Notes: generated by a model from the sequence alone, not told the origin. A DNA stretch of 64,000 nt from Oscillospiraceae bacterium (GCA_017440925.1 JAFSAP010000019.1:23502-87501), one strand, 5' to 3'; positions 10,057 to 19,921 are shown, counted from the first letter of the stretch. Made by a program: numbers and translations.

Positions 10057-10058
10057 GC

Positions 10059-10592
10059 TTATTCAGTCTTTCCAAAGCCGTTGAACCAGGCCCGTTCCTC
10101 CAGGGGCTTCTTTTCTACCACTGGAATTTCCTCTGCAGGAATGCCTACAGGCAGATAGCATACCAGCTCGTAATCTTCCGGTACGCCCAGCATGGCGGCC
10201 ATTTTGTCACCGATCCGCTCGGTTCCGGTCACATGGCCCTCCACCCAGCAGCTGGCATAGCCCAGATCAGAGATGGCCAGCAGCATGTTTTCGATGGCGG
10301 CACTGTAGTCCTGGATGTAAAAGGTGCGGTCGCGATAGGCGATGATCTTCTGTGTCAGCACGCAGATCATGGCAGGGGCGGTCTTTCCCAGCCCTTTTTT
10401 GATGACCGTGAAAAGTTCTGCGATCTTTTCCGGATCATCCACAGCGATAAGGGATGTGGTCTGCTTGTTGCAGCCGGAGGGGGCGGCGCAGCCAGCTTCC
10501 AGAATGGCCTTCAGATGTTCCCGGGGAACCGGGGTGCTGAGATAGGTGCCCCGGTAGCTGTGCCGGGCGGCAATGGCTTCCAGTGTGTTCAT
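10059..10592 (-). CDS. Nitroreductase-family protein
   Basis: I..RHSYR, AAPSGCNKQ, AAIENMLLA...GYASCW motifs. Confidence 0.9.
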   Translation of the reverse strand: MNTLEAIAARHSYRGTYLSTPVPREHLKAILEAGCAAPSGCNKQTTSLIAVDDPEKIAELFTVIKKGLGKTAPAMICVLTQKIIAYRDRTFYIQDYSAAIENMLLAISDLGYASCWVEGHVTGTERIGDKMAAMLGVPEDYELVCYLPVGIPAEEIPVVEKKPLEERAWFNGFGKTE

Positions 10593-10596
10593 AAAC

Positions 10597-10986
10597 TCAC
10601 TCCTCTATTTCTTTCAGTAATTCCACGGCGCTGATTCCGTATAGTTTTGCCAGTGTCAGCAGGTTGGATGTGGATGGATCTGATGCGCCTGTTTCCCATT
10701 TGCTAACAGCCTGACGGCTGACACCCAGATGCTCTGCCACGAATTCCTGGGTCATCTTGCATTCTGTTCTGTGCGCCTTGAGTGCTTCTCCCAAAGAACG
10801 GCGGACAGTGGCGGTTTCTTTCCGGACAGGGTCGGATTTCAGATATTTTCGCAGTGCTTTTATCAGCAGGACAAAACAATAAATGATTCCACCCCAGCAC
10901 ACCAGATTGATGCAGACTACAATAATTGTGGCCGGCATGATACTAATAAAACTATCTGAGACAGTTGCAGAACGTGCAGTTAACAT
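10597..10986 (-). CDS. Membrane-anchored XRE/HTH_3 transcriptional regulator
   Basis: N-terminal hydrophobic helix, C-terminal MTQEFVAEHLGVSRQAVSKWETG. Confidence 0.85.
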   Translation of the reverse strand: MLTARSATVSDSFISIMPATIIVVCINLVCWGGIIYCFVLLIKALRKYLKSDPVRKETATVRRSLGEALKAHRTECKMTQEFVAEHLGVSRQAVSKWETGASDPSTSNLLTLAKLYGISAVELLKEIEE

Positions 10987-11080
10987 AATATAGCGCCCCT
11001 TTCTTTTTTGGACACCACAATGGTATCAAAAAAGGCCGGTTGCCTCCACCAACTATGGCGCAACATAAGGTTGCACTTGA

Positions 11081-13033
11081 TTATTTCCGTTTGCTATCGG
11101 CTTTCCCTGCGGTTTTCACAGCCGCTTTTTTCGGAGGTGCCTTGGGAACAGGCTTCTTTCCGGCAGGCTTTGCCGTTACCTTCGCCGCAGGCTTGCCCTT
11201 GGCAGACGTCTTGGGTGGGGGCGCGGTATAACCGCCGGCCTTGGGAGGGATGGCCCGGATCAGACATTTGGGGCCGGAGCCGATAAGATCCTCCCGGTGG
11301 GCAGTAATCAGTGCTTCCCGCACCAGATAATAATTTTTGGGATTCCGGTACTGGATCAGAGCCCGTTGCATGGCCTTTTCGTGGGGATCTGTGGGGACGT
11401 AGACTTTGTCCATGGTTCGGGGGTCAAGACCGGTGTAGTACATAACAGTGGACAGGGTAGAAGGGGTGGGGTAGAAATCCTGGACCTGCTCCGGGTTGTA
11501 GCCCATTTCCCGGATGTATTCTGCCAGTTCAATGGCTTCCTTCAATGTGGAGCCGGGATGGCTGGACATGAGGTAGGGGACAAGGTACTGGTTCATACCA
11601 TACTGTTTGTTCAGCGCAAAATACTTATCCACAAACTGATTGTACACTGCATTTCGGGGCTTTCCCATCCGGGACAGCACGGCATCCGATACATGCTCCG
11701 GTGCAACCTTTAACTGACCGGAAATGTGGAACTGCACCAGCTCTTTAAAGAAGGTATCCTTTTTGTCTGCCAGCAGGTAGTCAAACCGGATGCCACTGCG
11801 AACAAAGACCTTCTTCACACCGGGAATCTTCCGGAGTTTCCGCAGCAGAGCCACATAGTCAGAATGATCTGCCCGCATATTTTTACAAGGAGTGGGGTAC
11901 AGGCATTGCCGTCCGCCGCAGGCACCCTTTGTCAGTTGCTTTTCGCAGGCAGGATGGCGGAAGTTGGCGGTGGGGCCGCCCACATCGTGGATATAGCCTT
12001 TGAAATCCTTGTCTTTGACCATCAGTTCCGCTTCCCGGAGGATGGATTCGTGGGATCTCGTCTGGATGATCCGCCCCTGATGGAAGGTCAGCGCACAGAA
12101 GGAGCAGGCACCGAAGCAGCCCCGGTTGGAGACCAGGGAGAACTTCACTTCCTCAATGGCAGGAACGCCGCCAGCCTTGGCATAGCTGGGATGCCAGGTG
12201 CGTTCGTAGGGAAGCTCGTAGACAGCATCCATTTCCTCGGTGGTCAGGGGCTTCTGCGGGGGATTCTGTACAATATATTCCTTGCCGTAAGGCTCTGCCA
12301 GACGCTTGGCGGTGAAGGGGTCGCAGTTGCCGTACTGAATTTTGAAAGACTCTGCATATTTGCGCTTATTTGCCTTGACTTCCTCGAAGCTGGGCAGCAC
12401 GATGGTGGGAAGGCTTTCATCCAGTTCCGCGGCCCGGAATACAGTGCCATCCACATAGGTGATATCTTTAGCTTCCATGCCGGCATTCAATGCATCCGCC
12501 AGTTCTACAATGGATTTTTCACCCATACCGTACATGAGAATGTCTGCCTGGCTGTCCAGCAGAATGGAACGCTTCATGGATTCCGACCAGTAGTCATAAT
12601 GCCCCAGACGGCGAAGAGATGCCTCAATGCCGCCGATGAGGATGGGCACATCTTTATAGGTCTGACGAATCAGATTGCAATAAACGATGGTTGCATAATC
12701 CGGACGCTTACCCATGACACCGCCGGGCGTAAAGGCATCGTTTTTTCTGCGGTGCTTGGTGACGGAATAGTGATTCACCATAGAATCCATATTGCTGCCG
12801 CTGACAAGGAAACCCAGCCGGGGACGGCCAAATACATCGATAGACTTGGGATTTTTCCAGTCCGGCTGGGAAATAATGCCGACACTGTAGCCGTGGTTTT
12901 CCAGGATCCGGCTGATGATGGCATGGCCAAAGGAAGGGTGGTCAACATAAGCATCACCGATGACATAGACAAAGTCACAGGTTTCCCAGCCCCGGTACAG
13001 CATCTCCTGTTTTGTTATGGGCAGAAAAGACAT
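11081..13033 (-). CDS. ygiQ: YgiQ-family radical SAM protein
   Basis: [30 protein letters not shown]; Lys/Ala/Pro-rich tail. Confidence 0.93.
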   Translation of the reverse strand: MSFLPITKQEMLYRGWETCDFVYVIGDAYVDHPSFGHAIISRILENHGYSVGIISQPDWKNPKSIDVFGRPRLGFLVSGSNMDSMVNHYSVTKHRRKNDAFTPGGVMGKRPDYATIVYCNLIRQTYKDVPILIGGIEASLRRLGHYDYWSESMKRSILLDSQADILMYGMGEKSIVELADALNAGMEAKDITYVDGTVFRAAELDESLPTIVLPSFEEVKANKRKYAESFKIQYGNCDPFTAKRLAEPYGKEYIVQNPPQKPLTTEEMDAVYELPYERTWHPSYAKAGGVPAIEEVKFSLVSNRGCFGACSFCALTFHQGRIIQTRSHESILREAELMVKDKDFKGYIHDVGGPTANFRHPACEKQLTKGACGGRQCLYPTPCKNMRADHSDYVALLRKLRKIPGVKKVFVRSGIRFDYLLADKKDTFFKELVQFHISGQLKVAPEHVSDAVLSRMGKPRNAVYNQFVDKYFALNKQYGMNQYLVPYLMSSHPGSTLKEAIELAEYIREMGYNPEQVQDFYPTPSTLSTVMYYTGLDPRTMDKVYVPTDPHEKAMQRALIQYRNPKNYYLVREALITAHREDLIGSGPKCLIRAIPPKAGGYTAPPPKTSAKGKPAAKVTAKPAGKKPVPKAPPKKAAVKTAGKADSKRK

Positions 13034-13104
13034 ATCCTACCTCCGAAAAAACATATTTTATTCATTATATCAGATTTTCGACACCAATGGAAGAAGAAAA
13101 AGAA

Positions 13105-13202
13105 TGTCATCGCGAGGAGCGGAGCGACGTGGCGATCTCCTGCAACAAATGCGGATTTGGAGGGGATTGCCACGCCAGCATGCGTGCTGGCTCGCAATGA
13201 CA
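13105..13202. repeat. Head-to-head dimer of GTCAT(T/C)GCGAG palindromic repeat (REP-like)
   Basis: TGTCATCGCGAG..CGTGGCGATCTC / GGGATTGCCACG..CTCGCAATGACA inverted arms. Confidence 0.8.
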
Positions 13203-13218
13203 GCGGTTTTGGCTTTGT

Positions 13219-13422
13219 TTACTTGTGTTTTACCTTGACCTTAGTGCCATCAGGCTGAACGATGTAGGTATTTTCCAGCTGTGCCACCAGATTTGCCTTG
13301 TAGGAATCAATATAGATCCGTCTCAGTTTGTCCCGCTCCACCAGTTCTTCTTCGGTGAGCCCTTCGGCCTTGTTTTTTGCAGCCAGTTCGTTGATCCTGG
13401 CGATGACTTCTTTCATTTCCAT
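13219..13422 (-). CDS. DUF896 (UPF0291/YnzC-like) small protein
   Basis: IARINELAAK.K..GLTEEE..ER..LRR.YI. Confidence 0.9.
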   Translation of the reverse strand: MEMKEVIARINELAAKNKAEGLTEEELVERDKLRRIYIDSYKANLVAQLENTYIVQPDGTKVKVKHK

Positions 13423-13435
13423 AACATACCTCACA

Positions 13436-14221
13436 TTATACATAGCGGTGAATGACCACTGAAATTCTGTCTTTTTTGGTGCGTCCGTTTACCTGCACCA
13501 GCTTGATTTTGCCAAGTCCCCGGACAGAGATTTTGCTTCCTTCAGCTACCTGCTTATCCGGCTTTTCACAGGGCAGGCCGTCAATGGCAGCCTTTCCGGT
13601 GGTGACATACTGGGAAGCCAGACTTCTGCCGATGCGAAAACCAGAGGAGATCACGCTGTCCAATCGCAGAGAAGCCATGGTATCCCTGATTTCTTTTACT
13701 TCCGGTTCCGGAATGTCCGCTTCTGCCAGTGAAATCTGCTGCAGACGCAGTTTTGTGCGTCCGGTGGACGTGAAGTTCTGCAGAATATAGGGGGCGATCT
13801 CCTGGATGACGAAAAAATCGCAGTGCTCTTTGCCAACACAGATATCGCCTATAGTTTCCCGGCCGATACCAATGCCCATCAGCGCACCCAGAAAATCCCG
13901 GTGGCTGGGACTGTCACCTTCATAAAAGGTAGCCCGCAGACATACGCAGGGACTGTCCATCTCCATAAGCATGCATTCTTCCAGATACTCCGGCAGAAAA
14001 ATAAGCATTTTCCGCTCTGCATCGGAATAACCGCCAAAGGCATGTAAGCCCTCTGGTTCTCCGAAAAGAAATCTCGCCATTTCCAGTTCCCTAGGAGAAA
14101 GAAAGTAGGTGTTTGCTGGAATATTCCTTCGAATGCCTGCGTTTATCTTGTCCCACAGCTTGGCAAGAAGCAGCCGGTCCTCGCTTGTGTGGGCGATTTT
14201 TTCGATATTGCTCCGATCCAT
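13436..14221 (-). CDS. ylmH: YlmH/Sll1252-family RNA-binding S4 protein
   Basis: GGYSDAERK, HRDFLGALM..GI.RE.IGDI, ASLRLDSVIS, ISVRG.GK. Confidence 0.9.
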   Translation of the reverse strand: MDRSNIEKIAHTSEDRLLLAKLWDKINAGIRRNIPANTYFLSPRELEMARFLFGEPEGLHAFGGYSDAERKMLIFLPEYLEECMLMEMDSPCVCLRATFYEGDSPSHRDFLGALMGIGIGRETIGDICVGKEHCDFFVIQEIAPYILQNFTSTGRTKLRLQQISLAEADIPEPEVKEIRDTMASLRLDSVISSGFRIGRSLASQYVTTGKAAIDGLPCEKPDKQVAEGSKISVRGLGKIKLVQVNGRTKKDRISVVIHRYV

Positions 14222-14352
14222 TGTATCACCGCTGGCTATTATAGCACAACTTACCGCTGGTGAAAAGAAGTTTTTCTTGTGAAAACCTCTTTTTTGCAGT
14301 ATAATGGCCCATATAATGGTAAGTGTATGCATATGCACAGGAAGGAAATGCT

Positions 14353-15564
14353 ATGGTGATTGGAATCCTCGGAGGCGGTGCTTCCGGCATGGCGGCGGCT
14401 TTGGCTGCAGCGGAAAATCCTGGGGTGCAGGTCATTCTCATGGAGCGGCAGGCGCGGGTAGGCCGCAAACTGGCGGCCACCGGCAATGGCCGCTGCAATC
14501 TGACAAACCTGCATGCAGGCGAAAGCGGCTACCACGGAGAAGACCCAGCCTTTGCCCGGTTTGCCCTCTCTGAATTTGACCCGGAAAAGACATTGAACTG
14601 GTTTTCTTCCCTGGGCCTTTTTACTGTGGCGGAAGGCAGCGGCAGGGTGTATCCCTATTCTGACCAGGCAAATTCAGTGGTGGATGTACTGCGGTTTGCG
14701 CTGGAAAAAGAGAACATCACGCTGAAGCTGGGCTTTGAGGCAGAAAAGGTGAAAAAAACCGGAACCGGTTTCCGGGTGGAATCCAAAGAGGAAACGGTAG
14801 AATGTGATAAGCTCATCATTGCCTGCGGCGGTCTTGCGGGAACCAAATTGGGTGGTACCATGTCTGGCTACAAATTCCTCCGGGGTCTGGGCCATAAATG
14901 CACAAAACTGCGGCCCACCCTTGTGCAGCTGAAATCCTCCTGGAACGGCACTGCCGGACTGAAGGGTGTCCGCTGCAACTGCCGCGCTGCTGTATACCGG
15001 GACGGAAGGCTTCACAGTGAAAGTACCGGGGAACTGCAGTTTACAGAATATGGAATTTCCGGCCCGGTTGTTTTTGAAATCTCCCGGGACGTATGCAGTG
15101 AAAAGGGAGACTGGATCTGCAGACTGGATTTCCTGCCGGATATCGAAGAGACTGCCCTTCTTGCTGAACTGCAGCGCAGAAAGACTACCAATCTGCCTGC
15201 TTCGGAACTTCTGACTGGCATTCTGCACAATCGCCTTGGACGTGTGCTCAGCCAGTCTGCTGGCATTTCCCAAAGCCGGATGGTTTCGGAACTGAGTGTT
15301 TTTGAACTCCGGCAGGCTGTTCAAGCAGTAAAGAATTTTGAAATCGGTCTTACAGAGCCCATGGGTATGGACAGTGCTCAGGTCACTGCAGGCGGTATTG
15401 TTACCAAAGAATTTGACGATAAGACTATGGAAAGCCGCATTACGCCGGGTCTCTATGCCTGCGGCGAAGTGCTGGATATCGACGGCGACTGCGGCGGCTA
15501 TAATTTACAGTGGGCATGGAGTTCCGGCAGGTTGGCCGGGCTTCATGCAGGAGGATTACTATGA
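14353..15564 (+). CDS. HI0933/YhiN (BaiN-like) flavoprotein
   Basis: GGGASGM, GRKLAATGNGRCNLTN, AQVTAGG, GEVLDIDGDCGGYNLQWAWSSG. Confidence 0.92.
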   Translation: MVIGILGGGASGMAAALAAAENPGVQVILMERQARVGRKLAATGNGRCNLTNLHAGESGYHGEDPAFARFALSEFDPEKTLNWFSSLGLFTVAEGSGRVYPYSDQANSVVDVLRFALEKENITLKLGFEAEKVKKTGTGFRVESKEETVECDKLIIACGGLAGTKLGGTMSGYKFLRGLGHKCTKLRPTLVQLKSSWNGTAGLKGVRCNCRAAVYRDGRLHSESTGELQFTEYGISGPVVFEISRDVCSEKGDWICRLDFLPDIEETALLAELQRRKTTNLPASELLTGILHNRLGRVLSQSAGISQSRMVSELSVFELRQAVQAVKNFEIGLTEPMGMDSAQVTAGGIVTKEFDDKTMESRITPGLYACGEVLDIDGDCGGYNLQWAWSSGRLAGLHAGGLL

Positions 15565-17138
15565 TTCGAATTCGGGATATTTCCATGCCCCCGGAGCACA
15601 ATCCCCATCAGCTGGGGTTTGAAGCAGCGCAGCTTCTGGGGATTTCCAATTCCAAAATCCGGCAGGTGAAAATTGTCCGCCGCAGCGTAGATGCCCGAAA
15701 AAAACCGGATGTGCGCATCATCTATACCATTGATGTGGCGGTGGACGGCAATGAGAAGCGGATTTTGAAGCTCAGTGGCTGCAAGCGTGCCCAGCTGGCA
15801 CCGACATCTTTTTATAAACCGCCCAAAACCGATAAGAAAATGGAAAAGCGGCCTGTGGTCATAGGCTTTGGCCCTGCCGGCATGTTTGCGGCGTTGATTC
15901 TGGCAAATGCGGGATTGCGTCCCATCGTTCTGGAACGGGGCGAGGATGCAGCTTCCCGAAATGCAAAGGTGGAGCATTTCTTTGCCACAGGAGAACTGGA
16001 TACCAAAAGCAATGTCCAGTTTGGTGAAGGCGGAGCCGGAACCTTTTCCGACGGCAAACTGAATACCGGCGTCAATAATCCCAGAATCGGCTGGATTCTC
16101 CATCAGTTTGTCCGGTTTGGGGCCCGGGAGAATATTCTCTATGATGCTAAGCCCCACGTGGGTACGGATGTCTTACTGACTGTGGTGCAGAACCTGCGCC
16201 AGCGAATTCTCAACCTTGGTGGTGAAGTCCGGTTCAATACCCAGGTGACAGGACTGCTGCTGGATGGCGGAAAGCTGACCGGCGTGCAGACTGCTGACGG
16301 TGAGCAGATCCCTTGCGATTGTGCAGTCCTTGCCATTGGACACAGTGCCCGGGATACTTTTGAAATGCTGCACAGCACCGGCATCCCCATGGAACCTAAG
16401 GCCTTTGCCATGGGTGTCCGGATCGAGCATAAGCAGACCACCATCGATGAAGCCCAGTATGGTATGGTTAATCCGGTGCTTCCCCCGGCAGATTACAAGC
16501 TGGTGCAGCATCTGGATGACGGCAGCGTGTATACCTTCTGTATGTGCCCCGGCGGCTATGTTGTGGCAGCAGCTTCTGAAGAAGGCCGGGTGGTCACCAA
16601 CGGCATGAGCTATGCGGACCGTGACGGCGAAAACGCCAATGCAGCCTTGCTGGTTACCGTGGATCCCGGAGAATTCCCCTATGAAGGAACCCTGGGTGGT
16701 ATGCATTGGCAGCGGGAAATTGAGGAAGCTGCCTACAAGACTTCCGGCAGCTACCGGGCACCAGCTCAAAAAGTTGGTGATTTTCTGGAAGGGAAGGCCA
16801 GCACCGGTGCAGGCAGTGTGCAGCCCACCTACCGCCCCGGTGTCCATTGGTGTGATCTGCATGATGTACTGCCGGAGAAGATCAGCCACTCGCTGACAGC
16901 AGCATTGCCCAAGCTGGAAGGCAGTCTCAAGGGATTTTCTGATCCGGATGCAGTGCTGACTGCCCCGGAAACCAGAAGTTCCTCGCCCGTCCGCATTCTA
17001 CGGGACGAAAGCCGTCAGTCCAAACTCCTTGGCCTGTATCCCTGCGGCGAGGGTGCCGGATATGCCGGTGGCATTATGTCTGCTGCCATTGATGGCATCA
17101 TGACCGCAGAAGCCATTATAGCAGCATTGGAAGGCTAA
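15561..17138 (+). CDS. Uncharacterised FAD-dependent oxidoreductase
   Basis: GFGPAG, FGEGGAGTFSDGKL, TFCMCPGG, GEGAGYAGGIMSAA; ATGA overlap with upstream gene. Confidence 0.88.
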   Translation: MIRIRDISMPPEHNPHQLGFEAAQLLGISNSKIRQVKIVRRSVDARKKPDVRIIYTIDVAVDGNEKRILKLSGCKRAQLAPTSFYKPPKTDKKMEKRPVVIGFGPAGMFAALILANAGLRPIVLERGEDAASRNAKVEHFFATGELDTKSNVQFGEGGAGTFSDGKLNTGVNNPRIGWILHQFVRFGARENILYDAKPHVGTDVLLTVVQNLRQRILNLGGEVRFNTQVTGLLLDGGKLTGVQTADGEQIPCDCAVLAIGHSARDTFEMLHSTGIPMEPKAFAMGVRIEHKQTTIDEAQYGMVNPVLPPADYKLVQHLDDGSVYTFCMCPGGYVVAAASEEGRVVTNGMSYADRDGENANAALLVTVDPGEFPYEGTLGGMHWQREIEEAAYKTSGSYRAPAQKVGDFLEGKASTGAGSVQPTYRPGVHWCDLHDVLPEKISHSLTAALPKLEGSLKGFSDPDAVLTAPETRSSSPVRILRDESRQSKLLGLYPCGEGAGYAGGIMSAAIDGIMTAEAIIAALEG

Positions 17139-17147
17139 AACCGCTGT

Positions 17148-17184
17148 TCAACCAATGGTTGAGCGGATAATCCACCAATGGTTG
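17148..17184. promoter_or_regulatory. Tandem CAACC-N3-GGTTG palindromes, putative XRE operator
   Basis: tcaaccaatggttga (17148-17162) and ccaccaatggttg (17172-17184) upstream of XRE gene. Confidence 0.55.
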
Positions 17185-17264
17185 TCCGATTCAACTGCTG
17201 ATCCATTCCTTTTTGATATACTGGATGATATGCTGGAAGTACCATTTGAAAGGAGAGAAATCCT

Positions 17265-17762
17265 ATGGAAACAACAATGGGAAATAGAATCGGTATGCTG
17301 CGCCGACGGAAAGGAATGAAGCAGGAGGAATTGGCAGAAAAGCTGGGTGTCAGTCCACAGGCCGTCAGCAAATGGGAAAATAACCAGACCTGTCCGGATA
17401 TTGCATTGCTTCCAAAGCTGGCGCAGCTTTTGGGTGTAAGTGTTGATGAGCTGCTCACAGGAAAAACGGCGGAACCGACAGTCAGAATGCTGCCCCAGGA
17501 ACAGCGAAAGGACATGAAGGATATGATGCTTCGTATCACGGTGGATTCTGTGAAAGGAGATAAGGTCCGGGTGAACCTGCCTATGGCCCTTGTGCAGGCA
17601 GCACTGGATATGGGTTTGCAAATGCCGCAGCTTGCGGGAAATGAAGCACTGAAAAACATCGATCTGAATCAGATCGTGGAGTTGGTGCGCCATGGTGCCA
17701 TCGGAAATCTTGTGGAAGTGGAATCGGCAGGCGGCGACAGCGTCCATGTCTTTGTGGAGTAA
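17265..17762 (+). CDS. XRE HTH regulator with C-terminal DUF2089-associated/YvlB-like domain
   Basis: MKQEELAEKLGVSPQAVSKWE; C-terminal LRITVDS..GDKVRVNLP...LVEVES..GDSVHVFVE. Confidence 0.8.
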   Translation: METTMGNRIGMLRRRKGMKQEELAEKLGVSPQAVSKWENNQTCPDIALLPKLAQLLGVSVDELLTGKTAEPTVRMLPQEQRKDMKDMMLRITVDSVKGDKVRVNLPMALVQAALDMGLQMPQLAGNEALKNIDLNQIVELVRHGAIGNLVEVESAGGDSVHVFVE

Positions 17763-17765
17763 GCT

Positions 17766-18011
17766 ATGCAGATCGTTGTAAGAGACGGTGACGATACCAA
17801 TATCCGGTTGAGGATCCCTACGGGATTGGTGCTGAACCGTATAATTGTGTTGGTGGCGCGAACAGTGTTAAAATCCCAGGGAATTGACGTTCCACGGGAA
17901 GCGGCACTGCACTTTCTGGCAGAGATACGGACTTATCAAAGACATCACCGGGATTGGGTGTTGGCAGAGGTTCACCGTTCAGGTGGTATGGAGATCATTG
18001 TGAAATTATAG
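17766..18011 (+). CDS. Small hypothetical protein, similar to the C-terminal domain of the upstream regulator
   Basis: 81 aa, 3 nt after upstream stop, ends at terminator; IRLRIP and LAEVH.SGG.EIIVKL echo the upstream domain. Confidence 0.65.
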   Translation: MQIVVRDGDDTNIRLRIPTGLVLNRIIVLVARTVLKSQGIDVPREAALHFLAEIRTYQRHHRDWVLAEVHRSGGMEIIVKL

Positions 18012-18012
18012 A

Positions 18013-18044
18013 AAAAGCAGCAAACCAGCCGGTTTGCTGCTTTT
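18013..18044. terminator. Bidirectional terminator
   Basis: aaaagcagcaaacc-agcc-ggtttgctgctttt. Confidence 0.85.
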
Positions 18045-18047
18045 GGT

Positions 18048-18311
18048 CTATCGAAGAAGAAAATACAGAAGCAGAATGATTTGGGCAGCCAGAATCATGG
18101 GTACACCAAAATAAAATTTTGCATGCCTTGTCTTATGACGGACAGCATACATAGCTGCCAGCACACCAATGCTGCCGCCGATGACAGCAAAGGTCAGCAG
18201 AGTCCTTTCCGGGATCCGCCATGCATTTTTTTTTGCCAGCAGCTTGTCCAGCGTCATAACCAGAAAACCTGCTGCATTGACTATAAGGAGGTAGATCAGA
18301 ATAAACTTCAT
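18048..18311 (-). CDS. DUF1294 (YsdA-like) membrane protein
   Basis: LDK..AKK.AWRIPE.TL...GGS.G......RHKT. Confidence 0.9.
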   Translation of the reverse strand: MKFILIYLLIVNAAGFLVMTLDKLLAKKNAWRIPERTLLTFAVIGGSIGVLAAMYAVRHKTRHAKFYFGVPMILAAQIILLLYFLLR

Positions 18312-18337
18312 AGAAAACCTTTCTGGAGGGGATAACC

Positions 18338-18826
18338 GTGAAAAAATACTGTTCGATATTCCTGCTGTCAATCCTGCTGTGTGGCTGTACAGCCCAGGAA
18401 ACCATGGAAACCATCTCCGACGAGATCCTTGTCAGCGTTATGGCTCAGCCCCGGGATATTTCTGTGGAACTGCCAGGGGAGACAGCCCTGCCGGTGGTGG
18501 AAAACGATGCAGGCAGGATCTATCTGTGCGATGAATATGAGATCGTTCTGCAGACCCTGGATGCCGGGGATCTGGACAGAACGCTGCAAACCATTTCCGG
18601 CATGGAAAAGCAGCAGCTTACGGTTATGGAAACAGTTCAGGATGATGTGACCCGGTATGAATTTGTCTGGACGTCCGCAGGCGAGCGGGGAGAACAGCTG
18701 GGGAGGGCAGTGGTGCTGGATGACAGCAATTTTCACTACTGCCTTTCCGTGCTGCGCAATCCGGAGCGGGCGGAAAAATCCCAAATCAACTGGAACCAGG
18801 TGTTCGATTCCTTTTCTTTGGTTTAA
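18338..18826 (+). CDS. Hypothetical lipoprotein
   Basis: MKK + hydrophobic stretch + LCGC lipobox; RBS ggagggg. Confidence 0.7.
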   Translation: MKKYCSIFLLSILLCGCTAQETMETISDEILVSVMAQPRDISVELPGETALPVVENDAGRIYLCDEYEIVLQTLDAGDLDRTLQTISGMEKQQLTVMETVQDDVTRYEFVWTSAGERGEQLGRAVVLDDSNFHYCLSVLRNPERAEKSQINWNQVFDSFSLV

Positions 18827-19800
18827 TACTGCTCCATGGCCTGCCGGCACAGCTCACGGCATTCATCAATGACGCTTTGCGGGTGCAGGATCTTTGCTTT
18901 CTGACCGAAGCCAATGACCCAGCTCAGGAACATGGGGGATACAGCAACTTTCACAGTGAAAACAAAATAATCCTCTCCATCGGGGATCAGCATGGTGTCC
19001 CGTCCGAACCGGTCTATCACCACATTGGTCAGTTCCCGGTGAAACCGCAGTTTCACGGTGGTGGCGTCTCCGGAAAACATTTGAAACAGCCGGTTGGCAT
19101 GTTCCGTCAAGGCTTTTCCGGTCAGCTCGGGGCAGGGTGTGCGGAGTTCCCCGGACATCTGAATATCGCTCATGCGGTCGACCCGGTAGCTGGTAACACC
19201 ATAACGGGGGGAGTGGGCCAGCAGATAGCAGTTTTCGTTGTCCTGGCACAGGCCATAGGGACTGGCTTGGTAATTTTTTGTGCGGTAATGCCGCTTTCCA
19301 TCAATGCCCCAGTCAAAATAGCGGAAAGTGATCTGTTTGTTTTCCCCGATGGCTTCCTGGATGGTATCTACATTATAATAGATGGTTTCATTCATGCTCT
19401 TGACCCGTCCGGAAACCAGCACATCCCGGCGCATCAGCTGGGCGTCATAGACGCTGCATTCGGTGCAAAGCTTTTCGATCAGCTCCCGGGATTTCTTCTC
19501 GGTCAGATATTTGCTGGACTGTACAGCGTTGATCAGCAGCTTCAGTTCCGGAAGTTCGAAGTTTCGGGAGGCAATATAATATCCGCCATTCTTGCCAGGG
19601 ATGGATACGATGTCCACACCATAATCCTGCAACGCTGCAATATCAGAATAGACCGTTTTGCGGTCACAGACGATATTGTGCTGCCGTTCCAACATATTAA
19701 GCAGTTCTGCCGCTCTCACCGGGTGATCCTGGTGGGAGTTTTTTTCTAAGTAGTCCAGAATATAAAAAATCTTCAGTTTCTGGTTGTCTGACTTTGGCAT
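18823..19800 (-). CDS. WYL-domain transcriptional regulator (wHTH-WYL-WCX)
   Basis: CDRKTVYSDI HTH, SPYGL...CYLLA, YRVDRM, SWVIGFG...HP; start at ATG after ggaggga. Confidence 0.9.
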   Translation of the reverse strand: MPKSDNQKLKIFYILDYLEKNSHQDHPVRAAELLNMLERQHNIVCDRKTVYSDIAALQDYGVDIVSIPGKNGGYYIASRNFELPELKLLINAVQSSKYLTEKKSRELIEKLCTECSVYDAQLMRRDVLVSGRVKSMNETIYYNVDTIQEAIGENKQITFRYFDWGIDGKRHYRTKNYQASPYGLCQDNENCYLLAHSPRYGVTSYRVDRMSDIQMSGELRTPCPELTGKALTEHANRLFQMFSGDATTVKLRFHRELTNVVIDRFGRDTMLIPDGEDYFVFTVKVAVSPMFLSWVIGFGQKAKILHPQSVIDECRELCRQAMEQY

Positions 19801-19921
19801 GGAGATCCCTCCTGCAATAGGATGATTTTTCCTCATTATACCATATCTTCCTGTCTTGGGAAATGGAAAATTTGCATTTTTTTCGCGCCTGTGCTATAAT
19901 CGGCCAAAAGGAGTGAGAAAA

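Noticed and set aside
13077-13083. Exact Spo0A heptamer in the ygiQ promoter spacer
   Set aside because: A single 7-mer is expected by chance several times in 64 kb; no supporting context.
18823-19800. WYL gene as marker of an anti-phage defence island
   Set aside because: Neighbours are housekeeping or repair genes; no defence effectors, integrase or obvious compositional shift.
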